A DNA stretch of 64,000 bases from an uncultured Candidatus Binatia bacterium (GTDB lineage Bacteria > Desulfobacterota > Binatia > UBA9968 > JAJDTQ01): NCBI GenBank assembly GCA_965215605.1, contig OZ244070.1, forward strand, positions 3,520,001 through 3,584,000. Direction: 5' to 3'. The notes under the pieces are model-generated. The model did no database searches and was not told where the DNA came from. It worked only from the letters and a program-made list of their open reading frames with translations. Shown piece by piece: positions 56,412 through 64,000 of this stretch (within the stretch, counting starts at the first letter, position 1; every line of letters begins with the position of its first letter). The position numbers were made by a program, and so were the translations under genes.

Positions 56412-58588
56412 GCCCCCGCCGCCGGTCGAAACGCGCCAGCGCCGGCAGCGCCATCGCCGAGCTTGTCGACAAGGTCCAGCAGTACCAGCCCGGGGCCGAC
56501 ATCGAGCAGTTGCGGGAGGCCTGCCAGTTCTCGTCGCGGGTGCATGCAGGACAGAAGCGGCTGTCCGGCGAGCCGTACCTGACCCACCCCCTGGCCGTGG
56601 CGGGCGTGCTGGCGGACCTGAAGCTCGACCTTCCGAGCATCATCGGCGGGATGCTTCACGATACGGTGGAGGACACGCTGGCGACGCTTCCGGAGATCGA
56701 GTCGGCGTTCGGCGAGGAAATCGGGGCTCTGGTGGACGGAGTGACCAAGCTGAGCCGCGTGGACTTCACCAGCCACGAGGAAAAGCAGGCGGAGAATTTC
56801 CGCAAGATGATCATGGCCATGGCCAAGGACATCCGCGTGGTCCTCATCAAGCTGGCCGACCGTACCCACAACATGCGCACGCTCCAGTATCTTTCCCCGG
56901 AGAAGCAGCGGCGCATCGCCCAGGAAACGCTGGACATCTATGCTCCCATCGCCCACAGGCTGGGAATCTACTGGATCAAGAGCGAGCTCGAGGACCTGGC
57001 CCTCAAGCACATTCGCCCGGAGATCTACGCGCAGTTGAAGAGCAGCGTGGCGCAGAAGCGGAAGCACAGGGAGAAGTACACCAATGACGTGATCTCCCGT
57101 CTGAGCAAGGCGCTGGCGGAGGAAGGCATCGACGCGGAGGTGAGCGGCAGGCCCAAGCATTTCTACAGCATCTTCCGGAAGATGGAGAACCAGAGCCTGG
57201 ACTTCAGCCAGGTTTACGACCTGGTGGCGTTCCGTGTCGTCGTGGACACCGCGCGGGAGTGCTACGAGGCCCTGGGCGTCGTTCATGCGAAGTGGCGGCC
57301 GGTGCCGGGCCGTTTCAAGGACTACATCGCGCTGGCCAAGCCCAACATGTACCAGTCCCTGCACACCACCGTCATCGGCCCCAACGCCCAGCGCATCGAG
57401 ATCCAGATCCGCACCCAGGACATGCATCGGGTGGCGGAGGAGGGCATCGCTTCCCACTGGCGGTACAAAAAGGAGAAGGACCTGCAGGTGACGGACATGC
57501 AGCGCTTCGCATGGCTCCGGCAACTCCTCGAATGGCAACAGAATCTCTCGGACCCCCAGGAGTTCCTGCACAGCATCAAGGAGGACCTCTTTCCCGACGA
57601 GGTATACGCGTTCACGCCCAACGGCGATCTGCAAAGCTTTCCCAAGGGGGCGACGGTCATCGATTTCGCCTACCGGATCCATTCCGACATCGGGCAGCAT
57701 TGCTCGGGCGCGCGGGTGAACGGAAGGCTGGTGCCCTTCAAGTACATCCTGCGGAGCGGCGATACCGTGGAGATCATCACCACCCAGGAACAGACGCCGA
57801 GCCGGGACTGGCTGAAGATGGTCAAGACTCCCCGCGCCCGGTCCCGCATACGGGCCTGGATGGCCTTGCAGCAACGGGAACGAAGCGTGGCCCTGGGCCG
57901 CGAGATCCTGGAAGCGGACTTCAGCCGTCACGGGCTGGACTTTCAGGACCTTCAGGAGGAAGGGACACTCGAGACCCTGGGGCGGGAGCTCGGGGTCAAG
58001 AACGAGGAAGGACTGCTGGCCGGCCTCGGTTACGGCAAGGTGATGTCGCGGCAGATCCTGGCCAAGCTGGTTCCGGCGGACAAGATCGCGGCGGACAAGA
58101 AACAGCTCGAGGGCGGCCTGGAGCGCCTCTTCCGGCTGGTGGGCTCCAGGGACCGCGGTGTCCGGGTCAAGGGCATCGAGGACGTGCTGGTCCGGTTCGC
58201 GCGCTGCTGCCATCCGTTGCCCGGCGAGGACATCACCGGATTCATCACCCGAGGGAGAGGCGTCACCGTGCACGTGGCCAGTTGTCCCACCGGGCTGGAC
58301 AACGATCCCGAGCGGAAGGTGGAGGTGAGTTGGTCGGAGGATGCGCAAATGCCCCGGGCGGTGAAGATCGAGGTGGGCTGCGCCGACGAGCCGGGGCTGC
58401 TGGCGGCCATCAGCTCGGCGATCTCCGAGGCGGGCGTGAATATCGCTCGCGCGCACATAAGAACGTTCGACGACAAGGCCGTCAACACCTTCGAGATCAT
58501 GATCGGAAGTTCCGATCAGCTCCGTCGGGTGTTGCAGGATATCGCCGGGGTGAAGGGGGTTTACAAGGCGAGTCGGGTCCAGGGTTAG
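56384..58588 (+). CDS. spoT: Bifunctional (p)ppGpp synthetase/hydrolase (Rel/SpoT)
   Basis: HD motif LHDTVED, KLADRTHN, RFKDY, YQSLHT and EIQIRT, plus TGS and ACT domains. Confidence 0.95.
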   Translation: MQVHSETEVSPRRRSKRASAGSAIAELVDKVQQYQPGADIEQLREACQFSSRVHAGQKRLSGEPYLTHPLAVAGVLADLKLDLPSIIGGMLHDTVEDTLATLPEIESAFGEEIGALVDGVTKLSRVDFTSHEEKQAENFRKMIMAMAKDIRVVLIKLADRTHNMRTLQYLSPEKQRRIAQETLDIYAPIAHRLGIYWIKSELEDLALKHIRPEIYAQLKSSVAQKRKHREKYTNDVISRLSKALAEEGIDAEVSGRPKHFYSIFRKMENQSLDFSQVYDLVAFRVVVDTARECYEALGVVHAKWRPVPGRFKDYIALAKPNMYQSLHTTVIGPNAQRIEIQIRTQDMHRVAEEGIASHWRYKKEKDLQVTDMQRFAWLRQLLEWQQNLSDPQEFLHSIKEDLFPDEVYAFTPNGDLQSFPKGATVIDFAYRIHSDIGQHCSGARVNGRLVPFKYILRSGDTVEIITTQEQTPSRDWLKMVKTPRARSRIRAWMALQQRERSVALGREILEADFSRHGLDFQDLQEEGTLETLGRELGVKNEEGLLAGLGYGKVMSRQILAKLVPADKIAADKKQLEGGLERLFRLVGSRDRGVRVKGIEDVLVRFARCCHPLPGEDITGFITRGRGVTVHVASCPTGLDNDPERKVEVSWSEDAQMPRAVKIEVGCADEPGLLAAISSAISEAGVNIARAHIRTFDDKAVNTFEIMIGSSDQLRRVLQDIAGVKGVYKASRVQG

Positions 58589-58624
58589 GCCGGGAGAATC
58601 GTCGGCCTGGGCCCGGATGGGGGT

Positions 58625-58816
58625 TCAGGCGACCTTTTCGATCTTGCCCGACCGTATGCAGCGCGTACAGACACGAATGTGCCGCACCGCGCCCTTCACC
58701 CGTGCCCGGACCTGCTGGAGATTCGGGAGCCAGCGGCGTCTGGTCTTGTTGTTCGCGTGGCTGACGTTGTTGCCGACCGAAGGCCCCTTGCCGCAGATGG
58801 TGCATTTTCTAGCCAT
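58625..58816 (-). CDS. rpmB: 50S ribosomal protein L28 (Cys-containing form)
   Basis: [10 protein letters not shown]...[20 protein letters not shown]...VCTRCIRS. Confidence 0.97.
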   Translation of the reverse strand: MARKCTICGKGPSVGNNVSHANNKTRRRWLPNLQQVRARVKGAVRHIRVCTRCIRSGKIEKVA

Positions 58817-58884
58817 GGCTACTGTCTTCGAATCCTTTCAATGAGTTCGGTGGACGTAATGGTCCGGTGTCAATCGGCAGATGA

Positions 58885-58909
58885 TATCATAGGGATGCGC
58901 GTTTGCGAA
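58885..58909 (-). promoter_or_regulatory. Putative rpmB promoter (coordinates approximate)
   Basis: Minus-strand TTCGCA, then 17 nt ending TGA, then TATCAT (extended -10). Confidence 0.45.
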
Positions 58910-59079
58910 GCAGATGGCGTGGTCCCTTGGCTCCAGGGCGTCCTGGTGTCAACCAGCACGTTGGGTCGGGGGGTTGCAGGATGAGCGCGCGGTGACGCGC
59001 CGGCCTTCCGGGACGTATTCAATTGTCATTTGAATGATACCATGCTAACGGGTGACACAATCATTCGAGGGGGAGCAAA

Positions 59080-59469
59080 ATGGTTCTAGACCTGAGGGTC
59101 AGCGTCAAGCGGCAGATTGATCGTTTGAGGAAGGATCTGGCAGCAGCCACGGATCGCGTCGGTGCGTTGCGCGATGAGATCAAGCGCCATGAACAGATAT
59201 ATGGGATGCTGGATGGAAGTGCCAGGAAAGGCGGGCGGGCCGGACGGCCGCGAGGGTCCGGCGGCGGCCAGAAGCGGGGGCCGCAGGGTTCGATGATCGA
59301 TTGGAATGGGATTTTCGAGAGTCTGCCTTCCGAGTTCACGCTGGATACCCTGGGCGCCGACAAGACCGCCCAGGAGAAGCCCCGCGCCTACCTTCGGCAG
59401 GTGGTCGTGAGGTGGTCCAAGGAAGGCCGGATCCGGCGCACCGGCAGGGGCCGCTATCAGAAGGCGTAA
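59080..59469 (+). CDS. Hypothetical basic protein, possible DNA-binding protein
   Basis: GGGGAG SD. Coiled-coil N-terminus, GRPRG linker and a winged-helix-like C-terminus (GRIRRTGRGRY). Confidence 0.75.
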   Translation: MVLDLRVSVKRQIDRLRKDLAAATDRVGALRDEIKRHEQIYGMLDGSARKGGRAGRPRGSGGGQKRGPQGSMIDWNGIFESLPSEFTLDTLGADKTAQEKPRAYLRQVVVRWSKEGRIRRTGRGRYQKA

Positions 59470-59516
59470 ACCGGACCGCTGGACGAGTCCATACAAGACA
59501 GTGAGTGGAGGTAACG

Positions 59517-60959
59517 ATGGAATTCAATGATTGCCGCGAGTGGATCGCCAAGGCGGATGCCTTGGGAGAGCTCAAGACCCTGAAGGGCTGTGACTGGGAT
59601 CTCGAGATCGGCGCCATTACCGAGATGGTCATGCGCAAGGAAGACGGCCCGGCCGTGCTGTTCGACGAGATCAAGGACCACCCCAAGGGCTACCGTGTCC
59701 TTTCCAATTCGCTCAGTTCGCGGAAGCGTATCGGACTGACCCTCAACCTGCCGCCCGGCGACAGCAAGATGGAGTTCGTCAATACCTGGCGTGAACACTA
59801 CAAGAAGATCCAGCCCATTCCGGCGAAGGTGCTCAAGGACGGTCCCGTGTTCGAGAACGTCTTCGAGGACGGCAACATCGATCTGCTCAAGTTCCCCACG
59901 CCCAGGTGGCATGAGCGGGACGGTGGCCGCTACATCGGCACCGGGAGCATCGACATCACCGCCGACCGTGATGAGGGCTGGACCAACTGGGGCACGTATC
60001 GGGTCATGGTCCACGACTCCGACACGGTGGGTTTCTACATCTCTCCGGGCAAGCATGGACGGATACACCGGGACAAGTACCAGTCCACCGGCGAGTCCTT
60101 CAAGATGGCCATGTCCTTCGGCCACGACCCGCTGGTTTTCCTCGGCGGCAGCATCGAAGTGCCTTACGGGGTGCCCGAGTACGACTTCATCGGAGGTCTT
60201 CGAGGAGAGCCCCTGGAAGTCGTCAAGGCGCCGTATTCCGGGCTGATGGTTCCAGCCAACGCGGAGATCGTCGTGGAAGGCGACGTGGTATTCGGCGAGG
60301 ATCGGGTGGAAGGCCCGTTCGGCGAGTGGACCGGCTACTACGCCAGCGCGGAGCGGAACGAGCCCATCGTGAAGATCAAGCGGATGTACCACCGGAACGA
60401 CCCGATCATCCTCGGCTCGCCTCCGGGAAGGCCTCCCGCCGAGCTCGGCTGGTATCGGTCGTATCTGCGCTCCGCGCTGATCTGGGACGAGATGGAGAAG
60501 GCGGGGGTGCCGGACGTGAAGGGTGTGTGGTTGATGGTGGCCGGAGGCAGCCGCCTCGTCATGGTCGTCTCCATCAAGCAGCGCTATCCCGGCCACGCGC
60601 GTCAGGCCGCCGTGGTGGCTTCCCAGTGCCATGCGGGGGCGTACCTCGGACGCTACGTCATCGTGGTGGACGACGACATCGATCCTTCCAACACCGACGA
60701 CGTGATCTGGGCCATGGCGACGCGCTCGGACCCGGACTCGGACATCGACATCATCCGGCGGGCCTGGAGCGGACCCCTCGATCCGATCGTGCATCCCACC
60801 AAGAAGGGTTTCAATTCCCGCGCCATCATCGACGCGTGCCGTCCCTACGAGTGGATGAGCGAGTTCCCGCCGGTGGCGGAATCGAGTCCGGAAGTGCTGG
60901 ATGCCACCGCGAAGAAGTGGGGCAAGGTGCTGTTCAGCAGCAACGGTGCCGGTTCGTAG
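59517..60959 (+). CDS. UbiD family prFMN-dependent (de)carboxylase
   Basis: DGGRYIGT, TYRVM, AEIVVEG, EGPFGEWTGYY and VIVVDDDIDP. Confidence 0.93.
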   Translation: MEFNDCREWIAKADALGELKTLKGCDWDLEIGAITEMVMRKEDGPAVLFDEIKDHPKGYRVLSNSLSSRKRIGLTLNLPPGDSKMEFVNTWREHYKKIQPIPAKVLKDGPVFENVFEDGNIDLLKFPTPRWHERDGGRYIGTGSIDITADRDEGWTNWGTYRVMVHDSDTVGFYISPGKHGRIHRDKYQSTGESFKMAMSFGHDPLVFLGGSIEVPYGVPEYDFIGGLRGEPLEVVKAPYSGLMVPANAEIVVEGDVVFGEDRVEGPFGEWTGYYASAERNEPIVKIKRMYHRNDPIILGSPPGRPPAELGWYRSYLRSALIWDEMEKAGVPDVKGVWLMVAGGSRLVMVVSIKQRYPGHARQAAVVASQCHAGAYLGRYVIVVDDDIDPSNTDDVIWAMATRSDPDSDIDIIRRAWSGPLDPIVHPTKKGFNSRAIIDACRPYEWMSEFPPVAESSPEVLDATAKKWGKVLFSSNGAGS

Positions 60960-60969
60960 CCCCGCACCG

Positions 60970-61821
60970 CTAACGTTTTTCCCGAGACGGCGGGTCCATC
61001 ACGATGGTGACGGACCCGCCGTCTCTTTGTATGTGGAGCATCCGTGGCCGGGTCCCCGTGCCTGAGTAGAGTATTCGCTTCAACTCGCGCGTGTTCCTCA
61101 CCGTCTCTCGATCCACCCCGGTGATGACGTCACCGCGCCGGAAACCCAGCCGCGAAGCGGTGCCGTCGCGTTCCACATGGGCCACCAGGACGCCTCCGTG
61201 CCGCGGGGTAGCGAACAGCCGGGCCAGTTCCTCCGTCAGGTCCTGCAGGTGCATGCCCAACAGCCGCGTAACCTCGTCACGCGCTGGAAACTCCCGTTCT
61301 CCGAGGTTGACACCCTGCTCCAGGACCTCGGTTGTGGCGTAGATGGGCGTGCCGGTTCGCAGCGCCACCGCGATGGCGTCGCTCGGGCGCGAGTCCACGG
61401 CGATGGTACGGCCCCCCGCCTTGACGGTGATGACGGCGAAGAAGGTGTTGTCCCGGATTTTCGTTATGGTGACCCGCTCCGGTTCGGCGTCCAGCCCCTC
61501 CAGGAGGTTGCCGATCAGGTCGTGGGTATCCGGCCTGGAAAGAGGTTCACCCTCGAGGACGCGGGCGATGGCGCTGGCTTCCGCCGCGCCGATCCATATG
61601 GGCAACACCCGGCCAGCCCCGGTCAGGATCACCACGGGGGTGCGGTTCGTGGGGTCCACGGCCACATGCCGCACCTCCATGCGGATGACCGCCTCGGAGG
61701 CGGCGAGGCCCTGGACGGGTAGCAGCAGGAAGATCCCGAACAGCGCCCCTCGAAAGCTCCGACTCGGGCCTGAAGAGAGCGGGTGTCCGGAAACTCCGTC
61801 CGCCGCGAGCGGGTTTTTCAT
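60970..61821 (-). CDS. Bifunctional nuclease (DUF151) fused to a PDZ domain
   Basis: LPIWIG, RPDTHDL and DSRPSDAIA, then a PDZ-like LGMHLQ...GVLVAHV...GDVITGV segment. Confidence 0.85.
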   Translation of the reverse strand: MKNPLAADGVSGHPLSSGPSRSFRGALFGIFLLLPVQGLAASEAVIRMEVRHVAVDPTNRTPVVILTGAGRVLPIWIGAAEASAIARVLEGEPLSRPDTHDLIGNLLEGLDAEPERVTITKIRDNTFFAVITVKAGGRTIAVDSRPSDAIAVALRTGTPIYATTEVLEQGVNLGEREFPARDEVTRLLGMHLQDLTEELARLFATPRHGGVLVAHVERDGTASRLGFRRGDVITGVDRETVRNTRELKRILYSGTGTRPRMLHIQRDGGSVTIVMDPPSREKR

Positions 61822-61959
61822 GGGCGGAGCTTATCCACCGCGGCTTGAGGGTGTCAACAGAAGAACCGCTTGCGCGGTGTTGACGATCCTGAAGCCCGCC
61901 GGTTAATCTCGAAGGGCCTCGCCGCGGTGGTATCCCGCGGAGGGCCGGCAGGAGGCTGC

Positions 61960-63738
61960 ATGAAGATCGCGCTGCTCCCGGACAACCTGATCGATCGAAT
62001 CGCCGCCGGCGAGGTGGTGGAGAGGCCCGCGTCGGTTGTCAAGGAGTTGCTGGACAATGCGCTCGATGCCGGGGCCGGTGAAATATCCGTTCTGGTGGAA
62101 GGTAACGGCACCGCGCATATCAAGGTCAGCGACGACGGCGAAGGAGTGGCCTTCGAGGATGTTCCCCTGGCCTTCGAGCGGCATTCCACCAGCAAGATCC
62201 GCGACGAGGCGGACCTCGCGAACATCGCCACCATGGGCTTTCGGGGAGAGGCGCTTCCCAGCATCGCTTCGGTTGCGGTGGTGGAGATGGTGTCGCGCCC
62301 GGGATCTCGGGAGAGCGGTTGCAGATACCGGGTCGAGAATGGGCGCCGGGGAAGCCCCGTGGCCGCCGGCTGTCCCGTGGGCACCACCGTCGAGGTGCGG
62401 GACCTCTTTTACCATGTGCCCGCCAGGCTGAAGTTCACGAAGTCCCCGCGCACGGAGATCCGGTACGTCAGCGACGTGGTGAACCGCGCGGCGCTGGCGC
62501 ACCCATCGGTGCATTTCCGCCTTCACCACGGCGGCAAGAGACTGGCGGACTACCTGGCCACGGCCCGGCTCGAGGACCGGGTGCGGCAGGTGTTGGGCGA
62601 CGCCGGCAGCGACCTGGTGTCCTTCGCCTTCAACCGGGAGTCTCTCCGGTGCACCGGTTTCGCGAGCCAGGCGCCCAAGTCCTTCGGCAACTCCCGGTAC
62701 ATGATCACGTTCGTCAACCGCCGGTTCGTGCGCGACAGGCTGCTGAACCACGCCATGCTCCAGGCCTACGATACGCTGCTGATGAAGGGACGGTTTCCCG
62801 CGGTGGTCCTCTACCTGGAGATGCCGCCGGACTACGTGGACGTCAATGTCCATCCGGCCAAGACCGAGGTGCGCTTCCGCCGCCAGAACGAAGTCTACGA
62901 GACGGTTCTGGCCGCCGTGCGGGGGAGCCTGAAGGCTGCCGCCCAGGGAAGCGCGTCCTTCGCGTCCGACCCCGCTCCAGGCCGTACGATGTTGGATGAA
63001 GGGGCGGGAGTCCGGGAGCCGTTTTCGGCGTACGGCGCCCCGGGCGTCCACCCGGGCCTGCCCTTGCACGCCCGCGCCGGCGCCGCCGGCCCCGTGCCGG
63101 GCGCGCCTCTTGCCGGACATCCGGCGGCCGGCTCCCATCTCTCCGAAGAGCCGGGGAGGTTCTCGTCGCTCATGGTCGTGGGACAGGTGTTGGGGTGTTA
63201 CATCCTCTGCCACGGCGCCCCGGGCATGGTGCTCATCGATCAACACGCCGCGCATGAGCGCATCGCCTTCCAGCGCATGCGCGAAGACCTCGAACACGGC
63301 GCCATCGAGAGACAGGAATTGCTGATGCCGCAGATCCTGGAGCTTACGGTCACCGAGGCCCTGGTGCTCGAAGAGCAACTCGGCGCGCTGGAGCGGGCGG
63401 GATTCACCGTGGAGCCGTTTGGCCGCAACACGTTCTCGCTGAGGGCGGTGCCGGCCCTCCTTGCCGAGGGTGACTACCGGGACGCGGTGCGCGCGATGAT
63501 CGGCGAGCTGGCGGATACGGACCGGACCGGGGAGTTGCGCCGGGGCATTCATGAGCGTCTCATGACCATCGCCTGCCACAGCGTGATCCGCGCCAACCGC
63601 ACACTGGTGAAGGAAGAGATGGAGGCGCTCCTCCGCGGTCTCGACGACGCCGAATTCGCCACCCAATGCCCCCACGGCCGCCCCGTGATGGTTCAGTTCA
63701 GCCGCTCGCAACTGGAGCGGATGTTCCGGCGCGCCTGA
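61960..63738 (+). CDS. mutL: DNA mismatch repair endonuclease MutL
   Basis: IAAGEVVERPASVVKEL, GFRGEAL, DVNVHPAK, DQHAAHER and CPHGRP. Confidence 0.97.
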   Translation: MKIALLPDNLIDRIAAGEVVERPASVVKELLDNALDAGAGEISVLVEGNGTAHIKVSDDGEGVAFEDVPLAFERHSTSKIRDEADLANIATMGFRGEALPSIASVAVVEMVSRPGSRESGCRYRVENGRRGSPVAAGCPVGTTVEVRDLFYHVPARLKFTKSPRTEIRYVSDVVNRAALAHPSVHFRLHHGGKRLADYLATARLEDRVRQVLGDAGSDLVSFAFNRESLRCTGFASQAPKSFGNSRYMITFVNRRFVRDRLLNHAMLQAYDTLLMKGRFPAVVLYLEMPPDYVDVNVHPAKTEVRFRRQNEVYETVLAAVRGSLKAAAQGSASFASDPAPGRTMLDEGAGVREPFSAYGAPGVHPGLPLHARAGAAGPVPGAPLAGHPAAGSHLSEEPGRFSSLMVVGQVLGCYILCHGAPGMVLIDQHAAHERIAFQRMREDLEHGAIERQELLMPQILELTVTEALVLEEQLGALERAGFTVEPFGRNTFSLRAVPALLAEGDYRDAVRAMIGELADTDRTGELRRGIHERLMTIACHSVIRANRTLVKEEMEALLRGLDDAEFATQCPHGRPVMVQFSRSQLERMFRRA

Positions 63739-63748
63739 GCGGTGTCCC

Positions 63749-64000
63749 GTGAACAGGCTCAGGGTCATCTTCGTCGTGGGTCCCACCGGCGTCGGCAAGA
63801 CCGACGCGGCGCTGACCCTCGCGTCCCGGTTCGACGCGGAGATCATCAGCGCCGACTCCATGCAGGTCCATCGCCACATGGACATCGGGACCGCCAAGCC
63901 GACGCCGGCCCAGCGGCGGGAGCGGCCGCACCACCTCCTGGACGTGGTGGACCCGGACGGGGACTTCGATGCCTCGCAGTTCCGGGAACGGGCGCTGGCG
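63749..64000 (+). CDS. miaA: tRNA dimethylallyltransferase, running off the right window edge
   Basis: GTG start, then VVGPTGVGKT...EIISADSMQVHRHMDIGTAKP...PHHLLD. Canonical mutL-miaA order. Confidence 0.95.
   Translation, partial: MNRLRVIFVVGPTGVGKTDAALTLASRFDAEIISADSMQVHRHMDIGTAKPTPAQRRERPHHLLDVVDPDGDFDASQFRERALA

Noticed and set aside
61831-61839. DnaA-box-like TTATCCACC
   Set aside because: A single 8/9 match with no cluster, AT-rich unwinding element or dnaA nearby.
511-63897. Many very long alternative-frame and antisense ORFs (e.g. 1565-4915 minus, 6262-9582 minus, 14471-17311 minus, 53203-55716 minus)
   Set aside because: These are shadow ORFs expected from high GC3 codon bias. They overlap well-supported genes and show no family motifs.
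1-64000. CRISPR arrays, integrases, transposases, prophage or defence systems
   Set aside because: No regularly spaced repeats or such protein motifs were found by reading the sequence and the ORF track.

Overview
This is a gene-dense, high-GC bacterial window with no rRNA, tRNA, CRISPR array or transposase that I can see. The lineage looks Deltaproteobacteria/Binatota-like, which is my inference from gene content. The left ~52 kb is accessory catabolic and transport DNA: two TTT (TctABC) operons plus an orphan TctC, an RND pump, two UbiD/prFMN decarboxylases, an acyl-CoA ligase, a xanthine-dehydrogenase-family molybdoenzyme, three LLM oxidoreductases (two tandem), tandem amidohydrolases and many hydrolases and reductases. 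The right end is mostly housekeeping (UPF0182, yicC, gmk, relA/spoT, rpmB, mutL, miaA) and carries a third UbiD. The strongest hidden signal is two genes that the ORF track splits or misses because of an in-frame TGA at a catalytic Cys position, each followed by a bacterial SECIS-type hairpin: an OsmC/Ohr-family protein (13849-14418, minus, GF-U-M) and a glutaredoxin/NrdH-like protein (18638-18871, plus, UPPC). These predicted selenoproteins bracket a ubiD, acyl-CoA ligase, tctC block. Other oddities are an unannotated 48-aa zinc-ribbon gene behind a ubiD whose TAG is in frame with a NadD-like ORF, a frameshifted threonine synthase start, a pseudo-receiver with a uORF, a structured uppP leader, and a candidate nucleoid-associated protein. 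All family calls come from motif recognition, not database searches.
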